64,000 nt of DNA from Lytechinus pictus (Eukaryota), in assembly GCF_037042905.1 (NCBI RefSeq), contig NC_087250.1, positions 24,616,001-24,680,000 on the forward strand, given 5' to 3'. Below the pieces are notes generated by a model. It searched no databases and was not told where the DNA came from. It saw nothing but the letters and a program-made list of their open reading frames with translations. Position numbers and translations under genes: made by a program. Shown here one piece after another: positions 28,701 to 38,550 of this stretch (its first letter is position 1; each line of letters begins with the position of its first letter).

Positions 28701-30575
28701 AACCTCAGCACCTTGACTGATCAGATATTTGATGACGTCAACATGACCATTGCCAGCAGCACTGCGTAATGCAGTCCGACCATTATTATCTCCCTTATTA
28801 ACCTCAGCACCTTGACTGATCAGATATTTGATGACGTCAACATGACCATTGCCAGCAGCACTGCGTAATGCAGTCCGACCATTATTATCTCCCTTATTAA
28901 CCTCAGCTCCTTGACTTATCAGATACTTGATGACATCAACATGACAATTGTAAGCAGCATTGTACAATGCAGTCTGACCATCATTAGTTCCCTTATTAAC
29001 CTCAGCACCTTGACTGATCAGATATTTGATGACGTCAACATGACCATAGTCAGCAGCACTGTGTAATGCAGTCCAACCATTATTATATCCCTTATTAACC
29101 TGAGCTCCTTGACTGATCAGATATTTGATGACGTCAACATGACCATTGTAAGTAGCACAGTGTAATGCAGTCCGACCATTATTATCTCCCTTATTTACCT
29201 CAGCTCCTTGACTGATCAGATATTTGATGACGTCAACATGACCATTGTAAGCAGCATTGTGTAATGCAGTCCAACCATTATTATCTCCCTTATTAACCTC
29301 AGCTCCTTGACTGATCAGATACTTGATGACGTCAACATGACCATTGTAAGCAGCATTGTACAATGCAGTCTTACCATCATTAGCTCCCTTATTAACCTTA
29401 GCACCTTGACTGATCAGATATTTGATGACGTCAACATGACCATTGTAAGCAGCACTGTGTAATGCAGTCCGACCAACATCTCTTCCCTTATTAACCTCAG
29501 CTCCTTGACTGATCAGATACTTGATGACGTCAACATGACCACTGTAAGCAGCATTGTGTAATGCAGTCCAACCATCATTATCTCCCTTATTAACCTCAGC
29601 TCCTTGACTGATCAGATATTTTATGACGTCAATATGATCTTTCAGAGCAGCAGTGCATAATGCAGTGAGACCTGTATCATTTATTTTGTTGACCTCAGCT
29701 TCTTGACTTATCAGAAACTTAGTGACGTCAATATAACCTTTGAAAGCAGCGAAGTGTAATGCAGTCCAACCATCGTCAGCCCTTTTATTAACCTCAGCTC
29801 CTTCACTGATCAGATACTTGGTAACATCAACATGACCAGTGCTAGCAGCACAGTGTAATGCAGTCCAAGCATATCTACCCCCTTTATTAACATCAGCTCC
29901 TTCACTGATCAGATATTTGGTGACGTCATTACGACCACTGCTAGCAGCAATGTGTAATGCAGTCGAGCCATCATCTCTTCCCTTATTAACCTCAGCTCCT
30001 TGACTGATCAGATATTTAGTAACATCAACATGACCAGTGCTAGCAGCACAGTGTAATGCAGTCCAACCATCGTTATCCCCTTTATTAACCTCAGCTCCTT
30101 CACTGATCAGATACTTGGTAACATCAATATGACCATTGACAGCAGCACTATGTAATGCAGTCGAACCATCTTTATCCCCTTTATTAACCTCAGCTCCTTC
30201 ACTGATCAGATACTTGGTAACATCAACATGACCACTGCTAGCAGCACTGTGTAATGCAGTCCAACCATCTTTATCCCCTTTATTAACCTCAGCTCCTTCA
30301 CTGATCAGATACTTCGTTACTTCGAGTTGATCATTCTGTACAGCGCTGTGTAATGCAGTCCGAGCGTTATTATCTTCTCTATTTACCTCAGCTCCTTGAC
30401 TAATCATATACTTCATGACTTCAATTTTACCATTTTTAGCAGCAATATGTAATGCAGTCCAACCTTCAAAAAAGCTACTTCCTCCATTTACCTCGGCTCC
30501 CTTACTTATCTGATATTTGACGTCTTCAAGATCATTGTTCATTACCGCAATTAATAATGCATGGTTGTTTCCCAT
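7429..30575 (-). CDS. Spliced gene: ankyrin-repeat / ZU5 / UPA-like / death-domain protein, ~1469 aa. Coding exons: 30575-27777, 27375-27193, 26704-26547, 26082-26048, 22618-22277, 19154-18907, 17669-17541, 8783-8621, 8300-8246, 7726-7429
   Basis: All introns are GT..AG and exon phases chain correctly (0,0,2,1,1,0,0,1,2). Total length 4410 nt is divisible by 3. An in-frame TGA lies 3 codons upstream of the ATG at 30575, and the stop TGA is at 7431-7429. Domains were recognised by eye. Confidence 0.85.
8012..8085 (+). mobile_element. tRNA-derived SINE head fragment
   Basis: A box tggtctagcgg, B box ggttcgact; no intact acceptor stem. Confidence 0.6.
8246..8300 (-). CDS. Exon 9: 55-nt linker (DMPEGPTRQLLSEATSFVR)
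   Basis: Acceptor tacccag, donor GTAAGT; repairs the phase 1->2 mismatch between exons 8 and 10. Confidence 0.75.
8621..8783 (-). CDS. Exon 8: UPA-like beta-rich region (VLPSKDIRTKMSQNVMFAISPQGDDEDFTRIAITITQAGKLEVSQSIVFVIRYT)
   Basis: Acceptor acaacag after a T-tract, donor GTATTT, open frame. Confidence 0.78.
9258..11036. mobile_element. Non-autonomous foldback DNA transposon (hAT-like) with ~600-bp imperfect inverted arms
   Basis: TIR taggagtgggctata / tatagcccactccta; flanking direct repeat (a)ttataag; ~9260-9860 is the inverse of ~10460-11036. Confidence 0.8.
12024..13104 (+). mobile_element. Non-autonomous hAT-like element, family A, copy 1
   Basis: TIR cagtggcgta / tacgccactg; 8-bp TSD gttggaat/attggaat; homologous to 24394-25897 and 58414-59525. 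Confidence 0.88.
13480..14250 (-). pseudogene. Decayed LINE (CR1/L2-group) reverse transcriptase fragment
   Basis: Minus strand encodes GAVPQGSILGPLLFII (~14210-14160, locally duplicated) and YADDTV (~14040-14020); frame broken. Confidence 0.75.
13772..13932. mobile_element. Near-perfect palindromic MITE (~160 bp) inserted in the LINE relic
   Basis: Ends actgtaaaaaa / ttttttacagt; ~60-bp near-perfect inverted arms around ttcaaatttaaa. Confidence 0.8.
14751..15331. mobile_element. Kolobok-like MITE (TTAA target)
   Basis: TTAA|agggatggtccgggct ... agcccggaccatccct|TTAA; foldback internal arms. Confidence 0.85.
15545..16112. mobile_element. Second Kolobok-like MITE (different family)
   Basis: TTAA|aggggaatccagcc ... 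ggttggattcccct|TGAA. Confidence 0.75.
17541..17669 (-). CDS. Exon 7: UPA-like region (DIQKENMQQSFRKGHRSVPFSVEANSNDVILTCYHEEEQIGRE)
   Basis: Acceptor tcaacag, donor GTATTA, 129 nt, phase 0/0. Confidence 0.75.
18030..18725 (+). mobile_element. DNA-transposon fragment (piggyBac-like end); related sequence at ~34260-34440
   Basis: ttaaccct start; shared cagcccccccccctcgacatttt...gaccccc block with 34260-34440. Confidence 0.5.
18907..19154 (-). CDS. Exon 6: ZU5 end / UPA-like start (HLELYIGHCAEWWVLIP...EVSLHVHADIPGIEM)
   Basis: Acceptor aaataag, donor GTCAGT, phase 1->0, open frame. Confidence 0.8.
19278..19397. mobile_element. 120-bp hairpin MITE (hAT-like)
   Basis: cattggcggcggagcagaggatt ... 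aatcctctgctccgccgccaatg; perfect 8-bp TSD tgtgaaca. Confidence 0.85.
20082..21668 (+). mobile_element. 5'-truncated LINE (CR1/L2-group) with disrupted RT ORF and (AATTG)n tail
   Basis: QYGFR, FLDFTRAFD, GVPQGSVLGPLLF and FADD motifs (ORF 20082-20615). After a stop and frameshift, the C-terminal part continues (20764-21312). aataaa plus (aattg)n at ~21643-21668. Confidence 0.92.
21670..22035 (+). mobile_element. 3' end of a Helentron/HINE-like element (body probably continues at ~19600-20080, split by the LINE)
   Basis: gacgacggacgcc then hairpin gcccatctggccc-ttc-gggccggacgagc-taaaa; accagatggaaggaaaaaa and gaagcatttt motifs occur on both sides of the LINE. Confidence 0.55.
22277..22618 (-). 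CDS. Exon 5: ZU5 domain (EIKLQDHGISIYIPPGAV...GIRCDPPTVIFNQPVKITIPHS)
   Basis: Matches the ZU5 hallmarks GxxLxIPxGA and xPxxxxFxxPVxITIPH; acceptor tcttcag, donor GTAAGT. Confidence 0.9.
24279..24370. repeat. 23-bp minisatellite (agagagtacacctatgtaatagt) x ~4
   Basis: Direct reading. Confidence 0.9.
24394..25897 (-). mobile_element. Non-autonomous hAT-like element, family A, copy 2 (opposite orientation, internal duplication)
   Basis: TIR cagtggcgta / tacgccactg; perfect 8-bp TSD ggtggcag. Confidence 0.92.
26048..26082 (-). CDS. Exon 4: 35-nt linker micro-exon (RLSSLDEVKSTR)
   Basis: Acceptor cttgcag, donor GTAAGA; converts phase 2 to phase 1 as the flanking exons require. Confidence 0.75.
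26547..26704 (-). CDS. Exon 3: terminal ankyrin repeat (LVFYLIENGAKLDVKDDTGNLPIHYAKDELVRQMILS)
   Basis: Acceptor gtttcag, donor GTGACT, open frame with ankyrin motif; absent from the ORF track. Confidence 0.88.
27193..27375 (-). CDS. Exon 2: divergent ankyrin repeats (DDTAPIHLAIIHGHTAIIEKLISNGCDLNLQSSDGQTCLHKAI...)
   Basis: 183 nt, acceptor ccatccag, donor GTGATT, phase 0/0, ankyrin consensus. Confidence 0.9.
27777..30575 (-). CDS. Exon 1 (933 codons): 28 tandem 33-aa ankyrin repeats (99-bp DNA period)
   Basis: 982-aa ORF with consensus DGxTALHxAAxxGHVDVIKYLISQGAEVNKGDN. Donor GTACTT follows ...DKLNTK; the ORF tail beyond it is intronic. Confidence 0.95.
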
Positions 30576-31178
30576 TTTGATTCAATTTGAGTAAACTTGT
30601 GAAATCTGTATAACCGCTTGACAATCTCCTCACCATACAGCATCATTTAACTCTAGCTCTCCTCTTGATCATTTTCCCAATGTAGTTCATCATTTTTTTT
30701 TAAATATCAGAAAGTTCCTATCACCACAGAGAGATGTCAATAGTCTTCCTTCCTGTGTACCTATTTGAAAATATATTTTCTCTCATTAAATTTATACAAT
30801 CGTACCTTGTGCGCAGCAAAATGTTTGTCGAATCGTTATCGATAACAAAATAGAGATAATTTCTTTAGATGGGACTTTAGCACTCTGCATACAAATATGT
30901 ATTACAGATATTATTTCTTATCTAGAGATGTATTTATTTGAAAACGCTGTAACTCCAATACTCATTATAGAGAATATGAGACTATACAAGAAAAAAAACC
31001 CAGTGGGGTGGCAAGATGCGTCAAGATTAGAAGAAACTTAAAGGCGAGGGGGCGAACTGACCGACCTAGCTTGTCATTGGTGCTATTTTTGGCTTCATTT
31101 TCTAAAGTGAAATTGAATGACTTCATGTTCAATCTCGGTAAATTCTGTGAAGATTTTCTTTAAAAAGTAAAAACAAAT

Positions 31179-31990
31179 GAAGAGCTCAGTCGCAAAAGGG
31201 GTCAGGTCAATTTTCATCAAATTTGATATTTTTTTTCCTTTTAGTCTCAATTTTTAGTAGCTCTATAAGAAAGAAAACTTGATATTCACATTAAAAAGTG
31301 AACAAAAATGGCAAAGAAAAGTCACCGTTTTTTTTTCAAAAGGGGTTAGGTCCATTTCAGTTTGGCTGAAAAAGGGGTTAGGCCCACATTTTTTTTTTTT
31401 TTTGGAAAAAAAATTTGAAAAAAAAAACATGAAGACAGGTACATTTCTCTTATACCCAATTTTATGTTCTCAGGTAGGGTATCATGAAAATTTATTTTCG
31501 CAAAAGAACATTGCAATATGAGAGAAATAAAAAATAATGATTTTCTTGGAGTGGACCTAACCCCTTTTGCAACCAAACTCTTCTGAAGAGCTCATTTGTC
31601 AAAAGGGGTTAAGTCCATTTTTCATGAATTTTATTGTTTTCTGTCTCAAAACCTATATCTATATAATTTTTAGTCGCTCTGATGATACCGAAGAAAATTT
31701 GAAATTTACATTTAATCGTGGATAAAAATGGCAAAGAAAAAGAGATTGGATTCATTTCAGTTTGCTTGCAAAAGGGGTTAGGTCCACAATGATAATTTTG
31801 GAAAAAATGTTGAGAAAAAAATGAAGACAGGTAAATTTCTCTTATGCCCAATTTTATGTTCACATGATAGGGTAGTACATTATGACAATTTAGTTTCTCA
31901 TAAGAATATTGCAATAAGTGAGAATAAAAAACATGATTTTTCTCGGAATGGTCCAAAGTGGACCTAACCCCATTTGCAACCAAACTCTTC
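31179..31990. mobile_element. Head-to-tail dimer of a ~405-bp MITE (31179-31583, 31585-31990)
   Basis: Each unit runs gaagagctca..aaaaggggt ... accccttttgcaaccaaactcttc; outer flanks aaat/aaat (4-bp, Sola-like). Confidence 0.75.
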
Positions 31991-32392
31991 AAATGTAAAC
32001 TGTCATTTATTTTTTCTTTGCTTTACCCTTTACAGAAAAAGGTACTTAGATTGAGCCTTTTTTAGATCGGAATATCAAATATTTTCAGCTCTCGCTCGCA
32101 TTATTGATCTTTATGATAAAAAATGTAGAATGCCCAGATTCTAGGTCTAAATTTCGAACACGCTCACGCATGTTTATTGAGATACACGGGTTATGCTTTA
32201 TTTAAAACGTGCTTAAATTATCCAGTTTCAGATAAGAATATCAAAAATTCTTCTCGCGCTTCGCGCTCGTATTATTTATCTAGGAAGATACCCAACTGCC
32301 CAGTTTTCATGATTTCCAAAGCATGACTAGAGTATCCCCTTTTTGGTCTAAATCTCAATTTTTCTTTGCTCGCGCCAAATCGGGCCCGAGGA

Positions 32393-32822
32393 GTAGATGT
32401 CCAGGGAGTAAATGTCCGCGGGGTAGATGTCCGGGCGGTAGATGTCCGCGGGTAGATGTCCAGGGGGTAGATGTTCAGGGGTTAGATGTCCAGGGGGTAG
32501 ATGTCCGGGGGTAGATGTCCGGGGGTAGATCTCCGTTGGGGTAGATGTTCGGGGGGATGTCCGGGGGTACATTTCCGGGGATAGATGTCCGGGGGGGGGG
32601 TAGATGTCCGATGGGGTAGATGTCCGTGGGGTAGATGTCCGGGGGTAGATGTCCGGAGGATAGATGTCCGGGGGGTAGATGTCCAGGAGTAGATGTCTTG
32701 GAGTGGATGTCCCGGGGGTAAAATGTCCTAAGGGGTGGATGTCCGGGGATAGATGTCCGGGGGTGGATGCCCAGGTGGTGGATGTCCGGGGATGGGGTGG
32801 AAGTCCAGGGGGTAGATGTCCT
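32393..32822. repeat. G-rich ~15-bp minisatellite (gggggtagatgtccg)n
   Basis: Over 25 degenerate copies; source of the low-complexity ORFs 32323-32965. Confidence 0.92.
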
Positions 32823-33063
32823 AGAAACGTGTATATAGAGAGAGAGAGAGGGGGGACGCCCTTGTTGGTCGATACCAAAAAAGAGCAAATTTTAAATGAG
32901 CCAGAGAGATAATAATAAACCTTTGGGGTTATTGTTTTAAAAAATATATGATAATACATCTTCAATTCAATTCAATTCAATTTATTTTTCTACTATTTTC
33001 TACAAATAAGTACAAGATAAATTGATTCAATAAAAGCATGAACAAAATTCAACATTGAATAAA

Positions 33064-33434
33064 TCGCATACATTCGTAATTCCGAAGCTTCGTTATTCCG
33101 AAGGTTCGGATATTCCGAAGGTTCGTTATTCCGAAGATTCGTTAGTCCGATGACGAAATGAGGTTCGTAATTCCGAAGGTTCGTTAGTCCGAAAACTAAA
33201 TGATTAACGAACCTTATTTCGTTTTCGGACTAACGAACACCTTATTTCGTTTTCGGATTAAAGAACCTTCGGAAAAACGAACCTTATTTCGTTTTCGGAT
33301 TATCGAACCTTCGGAATAACGCCACAAATGTTCTGATTAACGATCTCTTTTACGTTTTCGGATTAACGATCATCGAGGTATAGGCAATTTACGTGTTTCG
33401 GAATTACGAACCTTCTGAATTACGAAGTGTAACC
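33064..33434. mobile_element. Short foldback element built of (cgaaccttcggaatta)-type repeats
   Basis: Left half ttccgaaggttcg repeats, right half the inverse; same family as 38195-38550 and 41826-42140. Confidence 0.75.
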
Positions 33435-36109
33435 GAATAAATAATATGCATATTCAATAAGTGATTCAAATATAAATTATCATGCATGCCACATTGAAAT
33501 CAATATAATCAATATAATTAAATCAATATAATTATATATCATGAGAAGAATGGAGGGGTCCACTGAAAAGCAAAGCTTGTAGAATGTGGAATTCTTCTAG
33601 AGCACACGTATCCACATCAATTCAATAAAACTTTAAATATCTTGTTAGAAAACAGTCCGAGACCCGGATCTATACTAGATCCCAAGGCATATAGCGATTT
33701 AATAGCCTCAGATCTTGGTACAAGTTTATGAGCAACAAATCACTGTGAAAATCTCACCTTGAAATGAAAATATTGGATTTTAACTTTTGTCCAACGTTGT
33801 GTGATCATCGCAATCATGACCATATTTTCAATATCCCACCTACTCGTAACCAGCTCGCTTTTTCAACAACTCTCTAAGATGTCTAACAAACCGTTTTCAA
33901 ACATTGATCCAATGTGCCGTTTTTCAAAATCATCTTTTTATATATTTATTTTACAATTTACATCAAAACATGAAACATAATCATAGGCCTACGGAAGACG
34001 TTACAGGTAAGTCAGGTATTGCTAATAGTATTTAGAAACATTTTGAGGCCATGGGTGTGGGGGAGGGGGGAGGGGCTAGCTACTTGGTCAGATCCTATAG
34101 TCTCCCACGTATGCTGCCCGCGCTAGGCCATTTCCGTAGTACTGTATTGAATAAACCAACGTCGAAAATATCTCAAGTCTCCAGAAGCCCCATCAAAAAT
34201 GTAAGTGTTAAGTGAAGGCCCGCAACTGTTTGGTGACTATCGCAAACATGTTTTCAACTGTAATAAGACTGGAGGCTGATTCAGGCCCCCCCCCCCTCGA
34301 CATTTTTCCCGATAAGTCTGTCGCGCCGAATTTTTTGACCTCGTCACTCGCTGACTTATTACTTTCAAGTCCCGGGAAACTTTTGAGACCAAAATTGCGA
34401 CCCCCGAGTATGCACTTCTAAAATTACTCAACATTTCGTAATAGTCAGGTCCAGATTTTTAAAAATGTGCTCAGAAAAAGTGCTTTAGGCATTTTGTGTT
34501 AATGCTGATTTATCGATTGTTTTAAGGTAATTCAGGGGTGCTGAATCCAAAAATGCTGTTTGCCAAACTTGATTCCGACGTTTTCATCCTCAAATCGGCA
34601 AAAAACAAAATGGCGGCATTTTGAATGCAGTTTCCCATATAAAACTATTCGTATGGGTGTTTTTTTTTCAGAAATTGGGGTCTATGCCTTATTTTTGATA
34701 CCCTGGGTTGCAAACATAATGCATCCGATTGATTCGACAGCCATCTTTTTCCAAGATGGCTGCCATGATTCACAGCTGCTGATTGATAAATGATATGGCC
34801 AAATGTTTGATAATCTGGGGGCAATGCTGGCACAATCACATTGTGATATCTTTAACGTGTCTGTCATTTTTCCTCGCCTGCATAGCAGAAGCAAAACATA
34901 TGGACGTCGCTTTTCCGACGGCGGTGATGACCATGGCGCCGGCGAAATCAACATCAAATCTTAACTGAGGTTACGTTTTTTGAAATGTCATAACTTTTAG
35001 GGTATACATGTAGCTATTTCATGAAACTTGGGGTCAAACAAAGTCTTCTGAGACAGGTTATAGTTACAAAAGGTCGATCGTCCAGGGTACCTGGAAATCC
35101 AACCTAGCGTCCATAACGGCAGTCGTCGTACCATCAACTCAAAATATTAAAGTAAATCATCCAAAAGTTTCAAGGCAAATAACGAATTTGGAAATGTTTA
35201 CAAGATAGTCAGTGAGTGTGTCAGAGACCTTCCAAAATGGCGTCTATAATGGACGTTGTAACTTTGAAATGGTCCAAATTCATATAATATCCACCTGGTA
35301 GAAATAACTTTAGGGTCTACAGAGAAAAAAATAAAACATATAACAAATCATAGTTCCAAGGGGAAAAATTGCATTGGAAATTTTTCAAGGTTTATCAGTG
35401 GTGCAGTTTTACGAAAGAAAATCTTGATGGCTTAAGAATGATTGCTATTATTAAAAAATTTGGCCACAAAGTGAATATACTACATGTATCTGCCTAAACA
35501 CATATTTGTGTCTTTCTCATGATTTCAAGGGTCAAATAATATAGGTGAAGACGAATTACAGGAATACGCTGTTGTCCATTATGTCAAAAAAAAATGAAGA
35601 ACGCTCAAACATTGATACAAAAATGGCAATACTTCATATCCCACCTAGCGCCACTATTTTGGTGTGTCTGCTTTGTTTTAAGGCTCATAATTATATGTTT
35701 TATAAGAGTTAGTGACATAATTAGATGATGGTGCAACAATAAGTAAACAGGAAAAACAAACTTTAAAAAATGAGGTACAATTTCACCTAAAAAGTACAAT
35801 AATTCACTGATAAGTATTTCAAGACACAATATTTTAGTGCTTAGGACTATCCTATGGTTTCATGATTAGGGGACCGCAGTCATTTTTACGCAATTTTAGA
35901 AGTCGCTTTGGACTTTTTACGACGAAAAGGAAAACTGACCATCCTTGTTATTTGTCCCGATTTATTATTTTAGCCTTCAAACCACAACAGTGTAGATTTT
36001 GTTCACCTAATTATGACTATGTTTGAATAATGGAAATCTTTTTAGAATCGTTTTGAAAGCCATCTGTGAATATTAGGCAAAATGGACAGCTTCATAATAT
36101 TGTAACTAA

Positions 36110-36860
36110 TCCAAAAATATCATTTAACCCTTGAAACCATCGTGTAGACATCAAAATCTTATTTCCCAGGTGGATTCTAAATGGATTATGCCCATTTTAA
36201 AGTATCAACAGCCATTTTAGACTCCTTTATTGGATGCCATCTTGGATTTTTAGACATACAAGACCATTGATTGCCCTTGTAACTTATCCTAATGTATTCC
36301 TTGACCCTTTAAACCCAGGGTTAGACAACACAATATAACACAGGCGAATATTAAACAAACTATGTCAGTTTTTAGGTAACAATAACCATTTTAGACTCTA
36401 ATTTTTGAAGCCTTTTTGGATTCTTGGACATGCTGGACCTCTGAATGTCCTTGTAACTTGTCCTAATTTATTACTTGACCCTTTAAACCATGGATTAAAC
36501 ATCAAAATCACATAACCCAGGCTGATATTAAACAAACTATATCAGGTTTTTGGTAAGAACGGCCATTTTAGACTCCATGTTTGCAAACCATTTTGGATTT
36601 ATTTTACATGGAGGACCACTGATTGTCTTTGTTACTTGTCCCAACCTATTTCTTGACCCATTAAACCATGGGTTAGACACCAGCATCATATTCCCAAGGC
36701 GGATAGTAAGCAAACTATGTCGGGTTTTAGGTGTTTGTTTTTTTAGATAACAAAAGCTATTTTTTACTCCAATTTTGAAAGCCATCTTGGATTTTTGGAC
36801 ATAGTGACCGTTTAATGTCGTTGTAACTTGTCCCAGTGTACTACTTGACCCTTGAAATCA
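36110..36860. repeat. Degenerate ~175-185-bp tandem repeat (~4 units)
   Basis: Recurring cttgaccc(t)ttaaacc..tagacac..ccattttagactc..gccatcttggatttt blocks. Confidence 0.7.
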
Positions 36861-38194
36861 CCAATGAATAAAACCCAAATAAAAGACACTAAAATAGGTA
36901 ATAGATAAATTGTGAATTTTTGGGCCATGGCAGCCATTTTTACGCAAACAAAATTAGAAAACAATAGAATAAATTTAAAAAATAAATGTGATGTTAATTT
37001 TTTTTTTTATAGTACATCTATGAGGAGTTGGGAACAAAAAATACCATTATAGAGGCATTATAGAGGCATAAGTCTCTGGTCAATTCTTCAATTCTAGTAT
37101 CAGTAAAAATTTATGAGATTACTTTTTTTATGATTATTTCTCAATATGAAAATCTGATGCTTAATTTTTCACCCGTGTTATCACGCATTTATGCATAATT
37201 TCGTCAAGCCATGTTAGTACTTTCCTTGTCTCTGTAAAGCAACGAATAGTACTAATTACACTAATGTAGATGAAAGTCATTAAATAAAGTGTTTGTATAA
37301 TGTAAAACAAATGAAGAAAACTACAGAAGATGTTCAATTTCACTCTTGTCAAAGCAAAAACGAAAAAGAAATAAGATATTTCTTCCTCTTTTTTTTTTTG
37401 CCAAAAACCCCAACAAGTTAGAGAATGAAGTTTTAAATTGTCTTTATGCACAAAAATAGAAAAGATATTTATTTCAGAAAACGGTATGTTGAATGAAGTT
37501 TTGTTTTTCAAATAATGTTTGATTTTACATAATTCTTTCCTTATCCAAAATGATAAACGAGAAATTTCTGTTTGAAATCACTAGCACAATAAAACATTTG
37601 TTTAAAAGAAAAACAAGGCTGTATGAAGGATGTAAAGATCACAGGAAAACCAGAAGTCACTTGAATGGAAATCTCTTGATGAGAGAAGAGCTATCTCAAG
37701 ACTTACACTTTTCTATAAATATGTAAATCACATTATTTTCAATCAACGTAGGTCGATAGCCAACAACTCATCTTTCTCCCGATCAACGAAAAAGACTGCT
37801 TGAAGTACTCCTTCCTTCCAAGGGTAATGCCAAGGAAATTAGCATGTTTAGATAAAGTAAGACGAGTGTCATTTATATTATATAGCATCTAAATGATGTA
37901 ATTTTTTTTGTTTTTAGGTAAAATACCTACAGTTTGTCTTTTCAGAATTTACAAGGAGTTCATTTTGCTTTAAACCAGTCATCAATTTTGTTTAAGTTCT
38001 CGGTTGGTGATATCAATAATTAGATTTAGGAGATTGTACTCGGGTGCAACACTGTAGTGTCATCGGCAAATAATACCGTTTCAAAGAATTTGATACATTG
38101 CATAAATCATTTTTATACTATAATGGAAAAATCAAGAGACCTAAAATTTAATCTGGGGGAATTGCTGAAACACCCACTTCGTAATTCCGAAGCT

Positions 38195-38550
38195 TCGTAA
38201 TTCCGAAGGTTCTTTATTCCGATGGTTCGTAATTCCGAAACACGTAAATTGCCTATACCTCGATGTTCGTTAATCCGAAAACAAAAAAGGGTTCGTTAAT
38301 CCTAACATTTGTGGCGTTATTCCGACGGTTCGTTATTCCGAAGGTTCGTTAATCCGAAAACGAAATAAGGTTCGTTTTTCTGAAGGTTCGTTAATCCGAA
38401 AACGAAATAGGGTTCGTTAATCCGAAAACAAAATAAGGTTCGTAATTCCGAAGGTTCGTTAATCCGAAAACGAAATAAGGTTCGTTAATCCGAAAACGAA
38501 ATAAGGTTCGTTAATCCGAAAACAAAATAAGGTTCGTTAATCCGAAAAAT
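38195..38550. repeat. Repeat arm (aatccgaaaacgaaataaggttcg)n
   Basis: Direct reading; inverse of 41826-42140. Confidence 0.85.

Noticed and set aside
7429..30575. Assigning the symbol ANK1/2/3, UNC5 or PIDD1
   Set aside because: The architecture differs from each (single-exon homogenised ankyrin array, one visible ZU5, no Ig/TSP/TM, no LRR); orthology cannot be established from the sequence alone
32323..32965. Pro/Gly-rich ORFs
   Set aside because: Translations of the 15-bp minisatellite
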